Positions 7,263 through 16,133 of a stretch of DNA of 64,000 bases are shown in pieces. Under the pieces are notes generated by a model. That model had not been told where the DNA came from. It made no database searches and saw only the letters and a list, made by a program, of their open reading frames with translations. Position numbers and translations under genes: made by a program. Origin of the DNA: Gemmatimonas sp. (GTDB taxonomy: Bacteria; Pseudomonadota; Alphaproteobacteria; SMXQ01); assembly GCA_050260515.1 (NCBI GenBank), contig JBLNCI010000006.1, positions 37,273-101,272 on the forward strand, in the 5' to 3' direction. Each line of letters begins with the position of its first letter. Within the stretch, counting starts at the first letter, position 1.

Positions 7263-8195
7263 GTGACGACGTCTGCGAGGCCGGCAACGCCGGCGACGGC
7301 TGCGGCGCGAGTCCGCCTCGCGTACGTGATCGCCGCCTTGCCGCCGCTGTTCTGGGCCGGGAACTTCCTGATCGCGCGCGCCATGCGCGACGCGATCCCG
7401 CCGCTCGAGATGTCGTTCTGGCGCTGGACCGTCGCGTTCCTGATCCTGTTGCCGTTCGGGGTCGGGGCGATCCGTTCCAGTCTGCCGCAGATCCGCCGCG
7501 AGCTGCCGATGCTGAGCGTGCTCGCGCTGCTCGGGGTCACCGGGTTCAGCTCGCTGGTCTACGTCGCGTTGCACCACACGACAGCGGTCAACGCCGCGCT
7601 GATCAACTCGCTGATGCCGGTCGCCACGTTCCTGTTCGCGCTGGCGCTGCTGCGCGATCGGCCAACGGCGGCGCAGACCGTCGGCGTGGCGCTGGCGCTC
7701 GCGGGTGCCTCGACCATCATCGCCCGCGGCGAGATCGGCAACGTGCTGGCGCTTGACGTCAACCGCGGCGAGCTCCTGGTGATCGCGGCGCTGGTGTGCT
7801 GGGCGCTCTACACCGTGCTGATCAAGTGGCGCCCGACGCGGCTCGCGCCGTCGGCGTTCCTGCCGGTAACGTTCGGGATCGGCGCCGCGTTCCACGTGCC
7901 GTTCGTTGTCTGGGAGCGCCAATGGTCGGGCGGGTTCGCGGTGACGACGGAGGCGGTGGCGGCGATCCTCTACTTCGCGGTGTTCCCGTCGATCCTCGCG
8001 TACGTGTTCTGGAACCGCGCCGTCGCGGCGCTCGGGCCCGGACGCACCAGCACCTACATGTATTTGATGCCGATCTTCTCGGCGGCGCTCGGGGTCTGGC
8101 TGCTGGGGGAGCCGTTCGGCGCCTACCACGCCGCCGGCGTCGGCCTGGTGTTCGCCGGCATCGCTCTCGTCACCCGGCGGCCGAAAGGCGCCTGA
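7263..8195 (+). CDS. EamA/DMT-family transporter
   Basis: 310 aa, about 10 predicted TM helices, two EamA-like halves (LFWAGNFLIAR..., ...LLGEPFGAYHAAGVGLVFAGIALV). GTG start at 7263 is uncertain. Confidence 0.8.
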   Translation: MTTSARPATPATAAARVRLAYVIAALPPLFWAGNFLIARAMRDAIPPLEMSFWRWTVAFLILLPFGVGAIRSSLPQIRRELPMLSVLALLGVTGFSSLVYVALHHTTAVNAALINSLMPVATFLFALALLRDRPTAAQTVGVALALAGASTIIARGEIGNVLALDVNRGELLVIAALVCWALYTVLIKWRPTRLAPSAFLPVTFGIGAAFHVPFVVWERQWSGGFAVTTEAVAAILYFAVFPSILAYVFWNRAVAALGPGRTSTYMYLMPIFSAALGVWLLGEPFGAYHAAGVGLVFAGIALVTRRPKGA

Positions 8196-8279
8196 CGATC
8201 ACTTGATGTCCCGTTTGATCCAGATCAAAGCCGCGGACGAGCCGGCGCGGAGAATGCCCCCTCATTGGGAGGGGATATC

Positions 8280-8444
8280 ATGGTCTACAGCGCCGAGAGC
8301 TTCGTTGACCGCGCCGAGGAATGCGTGCGGCTGGCCAATCTCGCCGAGGACGAACTGATCCGGCAGGAGCTTCTGCAGCTCCGCCAGTCGTATCTCCAGA
8401 CCGCGGAGCGGCTGCAGAAGATCGCGCGCGGCGCGAAGAGGTAA
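8280..8444 (+). CDS. Small (54 aa) helical hypothetical protein, paralog of 189-365
   Basis: Not in the ORF track (below cutoff). ATG 8280 preceded by GGGAGGGG; nearly all third positions are G/C. MVYSAESFVDRAEECVRLANLAEDELIRQELLQLRQSYLQTAERLQKIARGAKR; TAA at 8442-8444. Confidence 0.6.
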   Translation: MVYSAESFVDRAEECVRLANLAEDELIRQELLQLRQSYLQTAERLQKIARGAKR

Positions 8445-8453
8445 CGCGAGACT

Positions 8454-8546
8454 TTCCACAGGGCGGCCGCCGACGGTTGCCGTCCTTTCCGGAAATCGCT
8501 ATCGTTTTGCATCATGATCGGCGTCGGGTCTCCCGGCGCCGATTTT
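8454..8546 (+). promoter_or_regulatory. Promoter-like + hairpin/T-run module, copy 3 (ahead of the major capsid gene)
   Basis: TTTCCACAGGG 8454-8464; TTGCCG 8477-8482; TTTCCGGAAA 8486-8495 in a 17-nt spacer; TATCGT 8500-8505; hairpin ATCGGCG(8517-8523)...CGCCGAT(8537-8543) with inner CGGG/CCCG pairs, followed by TTTTCATTTTC. Confidence 0.5.
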
Positions 8547-8735
8547 CATTTTCGGGCACCTTCCGGTGCCGCGTTTCGGGGCAAGCCGCGGCCACTCGTC
8601 CGGTGGAGCGGCTCCCGTGACCGCCGCAAAGCCGGCCGACGACGGCATCGTCATGCCGAGGACCGCGGGTCCGCGCTCGTGAGAGCCGGGCAACCCCTCC
8701 GACCGAATCGCAACCCGACTCACGGAGGGCTCTTC

Positions 8736-9599
8736 ATGAGCACCCAGATCACGACCGCGTTCGTCGAACAGTATTCGGCGAACGTGCTTCAGCTTTCGCA
8801 GCAGCGCGGAAGCCGGCTGCGCGCCGCCGTGCGCGTCGAGCCGGTGACCGGCAAGACCGCGGTCATCGACCGCATCGGCGTGGTGGCGGCGAAGCGCCGC
8901 ACCTCGCGCCACGCCGATACCCCGCAGCTCGACACGCCGCACTCGCGCCGGCGCGTGTCGCTGGTCGACTACGACTGGTCCGACATGATCGACGACGCCG
9001 ACAAGGTGCGGACGCTGGTCGACCCGGCGAGCCCGTACGCCATGGCCGGCGCATGGGCCATGGGCCGGGCGATGGACGACGAGGTCATCGCCGCGTTCAC
9101 CGGCGCGGCGAGCGCCGGCGTCGACGGCTCGGTGTCGGTCGCTCTGCCCGGAACGCAGCAGATCGCCCACGCCTCGGCGGGGCTCACCATCGACAAGCTG
9201 CTCCAGGCGAAGGAGCGGCTCGACGGCGCGGACGTGGACGACGCGATGGCGCGCTACGTCGCCGTCACCGCGAAGCAGGTGACCAACCTGCTCTCGGCCA
9301 CCGAGGTGAAGTCCGCCGACTACAACACGGTGAAGGCATTGGTGCGCGGGGAAATCGACACCTTCCTCGGCTTCAAGTTCATCCGCACCGAGCGGCTGGG
9401 CAAGGATTCGGGCGGCAACCGTCAGGTGATCGCCTGGGCCGAGGACGGGGTCGTGCTCGCGGTCGGCAAGGAGCCGGTCGCGCGCGTCACCGAGCGGGCG
9501 GACAAGAACTACTCGACCCAGGTGTTCTACTCGATGGCGATCGGCGCGGCCCGCCTCGAGGAGGCCAAGGTCGTCGCGATCGCCTGCGTCGAATCGTGA
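8736..9599 (+). CDS. Major capsid protein
   Basis: ATG 8736 with GGAGGG RBS inside ORF 8514..9599; 287 aa. Position after scaffold. MSTQITTAFVEQYSANVLQLSQQRGSRLR... and C-terminal ...YSTQVFYSMAIGAARLEE are typical of podovirus coat proteins of this group. Confidence 0.75.
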   Translation: MSTQITTAFVEQYSANVLQLSQQRGSRLRAAVRVEPVTGKTAVIDRIGVVAAKRRTSRHADTPQLDTPHSRRRVSLVDYDWSDMIDDADKVRTLVDPASPYAMAGAWAMGRAMDDEVIAAFTGAASAGVDGSVSVALPGTQQIAHASAGLTIDKLLQAKERLDGADVDDAMARYVAVTAKQVTNLLSATEVKSADYNTVKALVRGEIDTFLGFKFIRTERLGKDSGGNRQVIAWAEDGVVLAVGKEPVARVTERADKNYSTQVFYSMAIGAARLEEAKVVAIACVES

Positions 9600-9624
9600 G
9601 CCGCAGCGGGCAGGAGAACCAGAG

Positions 9625-10068
9625 ATGACCGCTTACAAGTCCGACCAGGTGACGGGGCTCGACGCCACGCCGCCGTCGCTGCCCAAGGCCAACGAGCGCC
9701 ACGGCCGGGTGCGGCTCCACTACTGGAGCTTCACGACCGGGGCTTCCGCCGGCCCGGCGGTGAACGACACGATCGTCGTCGCCCGGCTGCCGCAGGGTGC
9801 CCGCATCCTCGGCGGCCGGCTCGCCAACGAGGCGATGTCGACCGGCGCCTCGACCGCGCAGGTGACGATCGGGGTCGCCGGCGACGCCGCTCGCTACCTC
9901 GAGGCGAGCTCGGTCGATGCGGCCGGAGGCGTGTCGTTCGCCGACACGCCGGCGCGCAACTTCGGCGACGAGTTCGCGGCGGCGACCGACGTCGTCGCGA
10001 CCGCGCTCGGCGAGGCGTGGGCCGCCGCCAGGAAGTTCAACGGCTACATCCTGTACGCCGTCGACTAG
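9625..10068 (+). CDS. Putative capsid decoration/cement protein (call based on position)
   Basis: 147-aa ORF directly after the capsid gene and followed by a strong terminator. BPP-1-type phages encode a cement protein at this position. No diagnostic motif recognised. Confidence 0.5.
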   Translation: MTAYKSDQVTGLDATPPSLPKANERHGRVRLHYWSFTTGASAGPAVNDTIVVARLPQGARILGGRLANEAMSTGASTAQVTIGVAGDAARYLEASSVDAAGGVSFADTPARNFGDEFAAATDVVATALGEAWAAARKFNGYILYAVD

Positions 10069-10093
10069 GCGTCCGGCCACGGACGCGTGACGA

Positions 10094-10122
10094 GGGCGGC
10101 GGGGCGACCCGCCGCCCTTTTT
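10094..10122 (+). terminator. Intrinsic terminator after the capsid/decoration genes
   Basis: Perfect 10-bp stem GGGCGGCGGG(10094-10103)/CCCGCCGCCC(10108-10117), GCGA loop, TTTTT 10118-10122. Confidence 0.75.
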
Positions 10123-10145
10123 CTTCATCCCGATCGGAATCCGCC

Positions 10146-10730
10146 ATGACCTCGGTCGTCGCCATCTGCAACCGTGCGCTCGACATGCTGGGCGCCGAGC
10201 CCGTGACGTCGCTCGCCGACAACACCAAGGCCGCGCGCCTGTGCGCGCGGAATTTCGACGCGGTCCGTGACGCGGTACTGCGCGCCTATCCGTGGAACGC
10301 GGCGGTGCGACGGGCGTCGCTGGCCGCGCTGTCGGAGCCGCCCGCGTGGGGTTTCGCGCGGCAGTTCCAGCTTCCCGAGGGGCCGGTGCCCGAACCGTGC
10401 CTGCGGATCCTCGCCATCGACGGCGAGACCTGCGGGATGCGCTACCGCATCGAGGGGCGACGCGTGCTCAGCGACGCGGCCGCGCCGCTCGATGTGCTGT
10501 ACATCGCGCGGATCGAGGATCCGGCGCAGCTCGATCCCATGCTGCAGGACGTGATCGCGACCCGGCTCGCGGCCGATCTCTCCTACAGCCTCACCGCGTC
10601 GGCCGCGCTCGGCCAGGCGCTGATGGAGATCTATCAGGCCAAGCTCGCCGAGGCGCGGGCGACCGACGCGCAGGAGGGCACCGCCGACCGTCTGTTCGCG
10701 AGCTGGGGCGTCGACGGAGACCAAACATGA
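10146..10730 (+). CDS. Tail tubular protein A / adaptor (T7 gp11-like)
   Basis: ATG 10146 inside ORF 10017..10730. ICNRALDMLGAEPVTSLADNTKAARLCARNFDAVRDAVLRAYPWNAA parallels T7 gp11 VNDILASIGEPPVSTLE...[22 protein letters not shown]. Confidence 0.7.
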   Translation: MTSVVAICNRALDMLGAEPVTSLADNTKAARLCARNFDAVRDAVLRAYPWNAAVRRASLAALSEPPAWGFARQFQLPEGPVPEPCLRILAIDGETCGMRYRIEGRRVLSDAAAPLDVLYIARIEDPAQLDPMLQDVIATRLAADLSYSLTASAALGQALMEIYQAKLAEARATDAQEGTADRLFASWGVDGDQT

Positions 10731-12973
10731 CGCGCGCCTCTCCGCTGCTCGCCTCGTTCAACGGCGGCGAGTGGTCGCCCAACCTGTACGGGCGCAGCGA
10801 TCTGTCGCGGTACGGCAGCGCCTGCAAGCGGCTCGAGAACTTCATCCCGCTGGTGCAGGGCGCGGCGACGCGGCGTCCCGGGACGCGGTTCATTGCCGCG
10901 ACCAAGGACACCGCCGGGGTCCGGCTGATCCCCTTCGAGTTCTCGATCGCCCAGGCGTACGTGATCGAGGCCGGCGACGGCTACTTCCGCTTCTACATGG
11001 GCGGCGGGCGCATCGAGACCGCGCCGGGCATGCCGTACGAGATCGCGACGCCGTTCCTTGCCCAGCACCTCGATCGCCTCAAGTGGACGCAATCGGCGGA
11101 CGTGCTCTACCTCTGCCATCCCGAGCTGCAGCCGCGCAAGCTCACCCGCACCGGTCACACCAGCTGGACGCTGACGCCGCTCGACGCCCAGGACGGCCCC
11201 TACCTCGACGTGAACGGGGACGCGGCGAAGACGCTTCAGCCATCCGGCACGACCGGGACGATCACCGTCACCGCCGCCGGATTCGCCCCGTTCGCGGCGA
11301 GCGACGTCGGCCGGCCGCTGCGGATCCGTCACGGCGTGACGTGGGGCTGGGCGCGGATCACCGCCTTCATGTCGCCCACCCAGGTGACGGCCGACGTGAA
11401 GGCCGCGTTCGCAAGCGCCACCGCCTCGTCGGAGTGGCGGCTTGGTGCGTGGTCGGCGGCGAACGGTTGGCCCGGGTGCGTCAGCTTCCATGAGGAGCGC
11501 CTGGTCTTCGCCGGGAGCCTCTCCAACCCGCAAACGCTGTGGCTGTCCGTGTCGGGCGAGTTCGAGTCCTTCACGCCGACGCGGCCCGACGGCACCGTAC
11601 TCGACGACTCGGCGATCACGGTCACCATCGCGGACGACCGGGTCAACGCGATCCGCTGGCTGTCCTCCGGTAAGGAGCTTGCCATCGGCACGGTCGGCGG
11701 CGAGTTCACCGCGGCCGCGTCGAGCCTCAACGAGGCGATCACGCCGTCCAACATCACCGTCCGCCGCGAAAGCACGATCGGCGTGGCCGACGCCATGCCT
11801 GTCCGCATCGGTCAGTCGGTGCTCTATGTCCAGCGCGCCCGCCGCCGCCTGATGGAGTTCGGCTACTCGCTCCAGAGCGACGGCCATGTGTCGACCGAGC
11901 TCTCGATCCTGGCGCGGCATCTGCTGCGGTCCGGACTGAGGCATATCGCCTGGCAGCAGGAGCCGTGGTCGGTGCTGTGGGGCTGCCGCGACGACGGCGC
12001 GCTGATCGGCGTCACGTACCTGCCGGAGCAGCAGGTTACCGGGTGGCACCGTCACAGCCTCGGCGGCACCGGCGTCGCCGTGCTGTCGCTGGCGACGATC
12101 CGTGGCTCCGATGGCGACGAACTGTGGCTCGCGGTCGAGCGCACCATCGGCGGTGTCCCGAAGCGCTCGATCGAGCTTCTGCAACCGGACTTTGCGCCGG
12201 ATGACGAGAGCAATCGCGGCGCCGCATTCTTCGTCGACTGCGGGCTGACGTTCGATGGAACGATGAACGTCGCGCTGACGCCGGGCGCCACGGCCGGCCC
12301 CGACGTGATCTTCACCGCTGGCGGCGCCGCCTTCGACGCCGGCAGCGTGGGACGCGAGATCCACCGCCGTTACGGTCCGGGCGACGCACGACTTGCCCGC
12401 GCGGAGGTGACGGCGGTCGCGTCCGCGACGCAGGTGCACGCGCGGATCATCGCGCCCTTTCCGGACACTGTGACGATTCCCGCCGGCAGCTGGCGTCTGA
12501 CCGCGAGCACGCTCGGAGGTCTCGACCATCTCGAGGGCGAGACGGTGCAGATCCTCGCCGATGGCGCGAGCCACGCCGACAAGCAAGTGAGCGGCGGAAG
12601 CGTCGTGCTCGACCGCAACGCGGCGGTCGCTCACGTCGGATTGCCCTACCGCAGCACGCTCGAAACGCTGTCGCTGGAGGCGGGGTCGCTTGCCGGCACG
12701 GCGCTATCCAAGGCGAAGCGCATCCATCGCGCCGCGGTGCGCCTACTCGACACGCTCGGCTGCCGGGTCGGGCGCGACGGCACCCTCGACGAAGTTCTGT
12801 TTCGCTCCAGCGCCGATCCGATGGACGAGGGGCCGCAGCTCTTCACCGGCGACAAGGTCATCGAATTCCCCGCCGGGTGGGATCGCGAGATGACGGTGAC
12901 CGTGCTTCAGGATCTGCCGTTGCCCTGCACCGTGACCGCGATCGTTCCCCAAGTGACGACCAATGACGGCTGA
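10727..12973 (+). CDS. Tail tubular protein B / nozzle (T7 gp12-like)
   Basis: ATG 10727 (ATGA overlap) inside ORF 10292..12973; 748 aa. Begins MTRASPLLASFNGGEWSPNLYGRSDLSRYGSACKRLENFIPLVQGAATRRPGTRF. Size and position match gp12. Confidence 0.7.
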   Translation: MTRASPLLASFNGGEWSPNLYGRSDLSRYGSACKRLENFIPLVQGAATRRPGTRFIAATKDTAGVRLIPFEFSIAQAYVIEAGDGYFRFYMGGGRIETAPGMPYEIATPFLAQHLDRLKWTQSADVLYLCHPELQPRKLTRTGHTSWTLTPLDAQDGPYLDVNGDAAKTLQPSGTTGTITVTAAGFAPFAASDVGRPLRIRHGVTWGWARITAFMSPTQVTADVKAAFASATASSEWRLGAWSAANGWPGCVSFHEERLVFAGSLSNPQTLWLSVSGEFESFTPTRPDGTVLDDSAITVTIADDRVNAIRWLSSGKELAIGTVGGEFTAAASSLNEAITPSNITVRRESTIGVADAMPVRIGQSVLYVQRARRRLMEFGYSLQSDGHVSTELSILARHLLRSGLRHIAWQQEPWSVLWGCRDDGALIGVTYLPEQQVTGWHRHSLGGTGVAVLSLATIRGSDGDELWLAVERTIGGVPKRSIELLQPDFAPDDESNRGAAFFVDCGLTFDGTMNVALTPGATAGPDVIFTAGGAAFDAGSVGREIHRRYGPGDARLARAEVTAVASATQVHARIIAPFPDTVTIPAGSWRLTASTLGGLDHLEGETVQILADGASHADKQVSGGSVVLDRNAAVAHVGLPYRSTLETLSLEAGSLAGTALSKAKRIHRAAVRLLDTLGCRVGRDGTLDEVLFRSSADPMDEGPQLFTGDKVIEFPAGWDREMTVTVLQDLPLPCTVTAIVPQVTTNDG

Positions 12974-13008
12974 TCGGCCGCTGGACACACCAAGAAAGGA
13001 TTTTTCCG

Positions 13009-13395
13009 ATGTGCTACATGGCCGCAATTCCGATCGCCCTGGCGGCGGCATCCACTCTCCAGAGCATGCAAGCCGCGCGCGCGCAGGCGTCGGCCCAGCG
13101 GCAGATCGCGGACGTCGCTCGCGAGCAAGGCCAGATCGCGGCGGAGGCCGTGCGAAATCGCTCGGCCGCGACGCTTGCGTCGGCGCGGGTGGGACTTTCG
13201 CGCGCGGGGATCACTCCCGACGGCTCGCCCGCGGATGTGCTCGCTGCCAATGCAGCGGCCGACGAGCTCGGCGCCCAGACCGCGGCGTGGCGTGGCCTCG
13301 CCCGCCCTGGACCGTATGGCGGCGCCGTCGCGCAATCGAATCTCCGAGCCGCGTCGCTTGCCATCCGGCAGCTCGGCTCGATGTGGGCCAACTGA
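13009..13395 (+). CDS. Small (128 aa) Ala-rich virion protein candidate, N-terminal Met-Cys
   Basis: ORF 13009..13395 lies between the nozzle and fibre genes, where T7 carries internal virion proteins. Hydrophobic N-terminus MCYMAAIPIALAAAS, then a helical Ala/Gln/Arg-rich region. Confidence 0.55.
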   Translation: MCYMAAIPIALAAASTLQSMQAARAQASAQRQIADVAREQGQIAAEAVRNRSAATLASARVGLSRAGITPDGSPADVLAANAAADELGAQTAAWRGLARPGPYGGAVAQSNLRAASLAIRQLGSMWAN

Positions 13396-13417
13396 TCCCA
13401 GCACTGGTGAGGAAGCG

Positions 13418-15199
13418 ATGACGATCTCCACCACCACGACTCGCGTCGCCTATGAGGGCGACGGGGTCACCACCGCGTTCGCGGTGCCGTTCCCGTTCTT
13501 CGCCGCCGCCGAACTCGAGGTCATCGACCGCACCGAGTCGTCCGGCGCGGAAACGACGCTCGCACTCGGCATCGATTACACGGTGACGGGAGGCCAGGGC
13601 GGGACAGGCACCGTCAGCGCTACCGCCGCGCCGCCGGCCGGATCGCAATGGGTGATTCGCCGGAAGACGGCGAAGACCCAGACGACCGACTACGCGCCCA
13701 ACGATCCGTTTCCGGCCGAGACCCACGAAAAGGCACTCGACCGCCTGACGATGATCGCCCAGGAGCTCGGGGAGGCCGCGGACCGTGCGGTCAAATTCCC
13801 GAAGACCGATGCCGCGACACTCTCCGCCACGCTCCCCCCGAGCGTCGATCGCGCGACGAAGGTCCTCGCCTTCGACGCGTCCGGCGCGCCGACGGTCGGA
13901 ACGATGACGCTCGCCGCCCTCGAGGCCGGGGCGACCGATGCCGCGGCCTCCGCCACCGCTGCCGCGGCATCGGCCTCCGCCGCCGCGACCTCGGCGACCG
14001 GGGCCTCCGCATCCGCCACATCGGCCGCGACCTCGGCCGCGGCCGCGCAGGCGGCGGCGGCCAGCGTCGGCTTCTCGGACGTGGTGTTCCTGACCGTCGC
14101 GGACAGCCCTTACACCATCACCGCGGCGCACAGCGGCAAGCTGTTCAACGTCGACACCTCGGGCGGGGCCTTCACGTTCAACCTGCCGCAGATCTCGACG
14201 CTGACGCTGCCGTTCATGGTCGGCATCAAGAAAGCGACCTCCGACGCCAACAACGTCACCGTCAATCGGGGCGGAACGGATCTTTTCGACAGCGGCGCGA
14301 GTTCCAAGACCATCGGCAGCGTGTTCGGGACGACGCTGATCCCCGACAAGGACCCGACCCCGGACAAGTGGACGGCGGCGGACTGGGCCGGGGCGTCGAT
14401 CGCCGGCAATAGCATCACAAACGGCCTGCTCGCCCAGATGCCGGCGCGAACCATCAAGGGCAACAACACCGGAGCGACCGCCAACGCCTCCGACATCGCG
14501 GCCGGTCAGCTGCCGGCGACGAACACGAATGACGCCGCCGCGTCTGGCTCCGTCGGCGAATACATCGAGGCCACGGCGAGCAACACGTCGGCCACGGTGA
14601 CGATGACCATCGCGTCGCCGTGCGTGGTGACGTGGTCGGCGCACGGCTTCTCGACCACGACCCCGACGCCGGTATTTTTCACGACCACGGGTGCGCTGCC
14701 GACCGGGCTCTCGGCCAACACGACCTACTGGACGATCCCGAGCAGCGTCACGCCGAACACGTTCCAGCTCGCGTCCTCGATCTCGAACGCCTACGCGGGC
14801 ACGGCGATCAACACGTCTGGTTCGCAGAGCGGGACGCACACCGCTTTGAACAATAACGCTCTCACAAACGGATCTGCGCTCGACTGCTTGGGCGTCCAGC
14901 TCACCGCCGGAGATTGGGACGTCGAGGCAATGGGCTATTTCACGTTCGGAGCGTCAACGACGACCACGTTCCAAAAAATCGCCGTCGCCACGTCCTCCAA
15001 CGCATCGGTGATCACGCCGGGGAAATTCCAGGCCAACTCCGCGACGATGCCGACGGGTCCGAGCGATTTCGGTCTAACGCTGTCGAGGGTCCGCTTCAGC
15101 CTGAACGCGACCACCATCGTGTATCTGAATACCCGCGCCAATTTTGCCGCGAGCACGGCCTACGGGTTCGGCACCATGACAGCCAGAAGGGTGAGGTGA
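13418..15199 (+). CDS. Tail fibre protein with T7 gp17-type N-terminal adaptor domain
   Basis: ATG 13418 inside ORF 13175..15199; 593 aa. RVAYEGDGVTTAFAVPFPFF...LEVIDR...DYTVTG...WVIRRKT...DRLTMIAQELGEAADRAVKFP resembles the T7 tail-fibre N-domain. Followed by an Ala/Ser/Thr low-complexity linker and a Thr/Ser/Asn-rich C-terminal domain. Confidence 0.75.
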   Translation: MTISTTTTRVAYEGDGVTTAFAVPFPFFAAAELEVIDRTESSGAETTLALGIDYTVTGGQGGTGTVSATAAPPAGSQWVIRRKTAKTQTTDYAPNDPFPAETHEKALDRLTMIAQELGEAADRAVKFPKTDAATLSATLPPSVDRATKVLAFDASGAPTVGTMTLAALEAGATDAAASATAAAASASAAATSATGASASATSAATSAAAAQAAAASVGFSDVVFLTVADSPYTITAAHSGKLFNVDTSGGAFTFNLPQISTLTLPFMVGIKKATSDANNVTVNRGGTDLFDSGASSKTIGSVFGTTLIPDKDPTPDKWTAADWAGASIAGNSITNGLLAQMPARTIKGNNTGATANASDIAAGQLPATNTNDAAASGSVGEYIEATASNTSATVTMTIASPCVVTWSAHGFSTTTPTPVFFTTTGALPTGLSANTTYWTIPSSVTPNTFQLASSISNAYAGTAINTSGSQSGTHTALNNNALTNGSALDCLGVQLTAGDWDVEAMGYFTFGASTTTTFQKIAVATSSNASVITPGKFQANSATMPTGPSDFGLTLSRVRFSLNATTIVYLNTRANFAASTAYGFGTMTARRVR

Positions 15200-15217
15200 T
15201 ATAAATGTCGGCAACCA

Positions 15218-16072
15218 ATGGACCGGCGCGGATTCCTGACTGCTCTTGCGCTCACGGCGGCATGGCCTCTAAGGAGCCTCGCTGTGGCTAGAACCTTTTG
15301 GACAACGCGCCCGACGTTCCACGTCGATCCCGTCAATGGCGACGACTCGAACGACGGTATCGCGCTCCCCTTCAAGACCATCGCCGGGGCATACAAGGCC
15401 CTCAAGTCGAAGCACGACTTCGGAGACAATAGCCCGATCGTTCAGCTTGCCGATGGCAATTACTACGCCGGACCGGACGGGTACGTTCTTTTCGCCTTCG
15501 GAACGCCGGTCGGTGCCGAGCTGATCAAGATCGTCGGCAACATGGCTCACCCCGAAAACGTGAAGATATGGGCCGATGCCTTGATGCCGGCGATTTATCT
15601 GCGGGACCACGCGATCCTCCAGATCGATGGCGTTACGTTCAAAGCCTCCGGCAGCTATTCCAAGGCGGTCTTCAACGAGGGACAGGGCGCGGTCGTCGAT
15701 ATTGCGAACTGCCGTTTCGACGCGATGCCGCTCGGGACTCACCTCGTCGGCAACACGGGCGGCTTCTTCAACGTCGGTGGACACAACTACATCGACGGCG
15801 GGGCATACGCCCACCTCCGCATTTCGAGTGCCGTGCAGTTCTCCTACAACGGCACGCTGACCGTCGCTGGTGGGCTGGAGTTCCGGGACGCCAGCAACAA
15901 CCGGGGGCCATTCGCGCAGGTCGCGGACGGAGCGCGCCTTTATGGGGGCGTGACAGTGGACGGTGCCGGTGCGGGCTCAAACACGGTGGCCACGAAATAT
16001 CAGGTGATCAACGCCACGCTGATTTCGGACGGCACCGTGTGGCCCGGCGACGTCTCCGGCACGATTTCCTAA
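15218..16072 (+). CDS. Beta-helix (pectate-lyase-fold-like) protein with a twin-arginine signal peptide
   Basis: MDRRGFLTALALTAAWPLRSLA-VA is a textbook Tat signal (RRxFL, h-region, AxA-like site). HVDPVNGDDSNDGIALPFKTIAGAY resembles the N-cap of right-handed beta-helix proteins. Gly/Asn/Val-rich repeats follow. The region is visibly less GC-rich than its flanks. Confidence 0.55.
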   Translation: MDRRGFLTALALTAAWPLRSLAVARTFWTTRPTFHVDPVNGDDSNDGIALPFKTIAGAYKALKSKHDFGDNSPIVQLADGNYYAGPDGYVLFAFGTPVGAELIKIVGNMAHPENVKIWADALMPAIYLRDHAILQIDGVTFKASGSYSKAVFNEGQGAVVDIANCRFDAMPLGTHLVGNTGGFFNVGGHNYIDGGAYAHLRISSAVQFSYNGTLTVAGGLEFRDASNNRGPFAQVADGARLYGGVTVDGAGAGSNTVATKYQVINATLISDGTVWPGDVSGTIS

Positions 16073-16133
16073 CAGCGCGCACCCGGTAGCGGCGGCAACC
16101 ACCAGCGGATCACCTTCCCTGTAGGAGAAAGTT

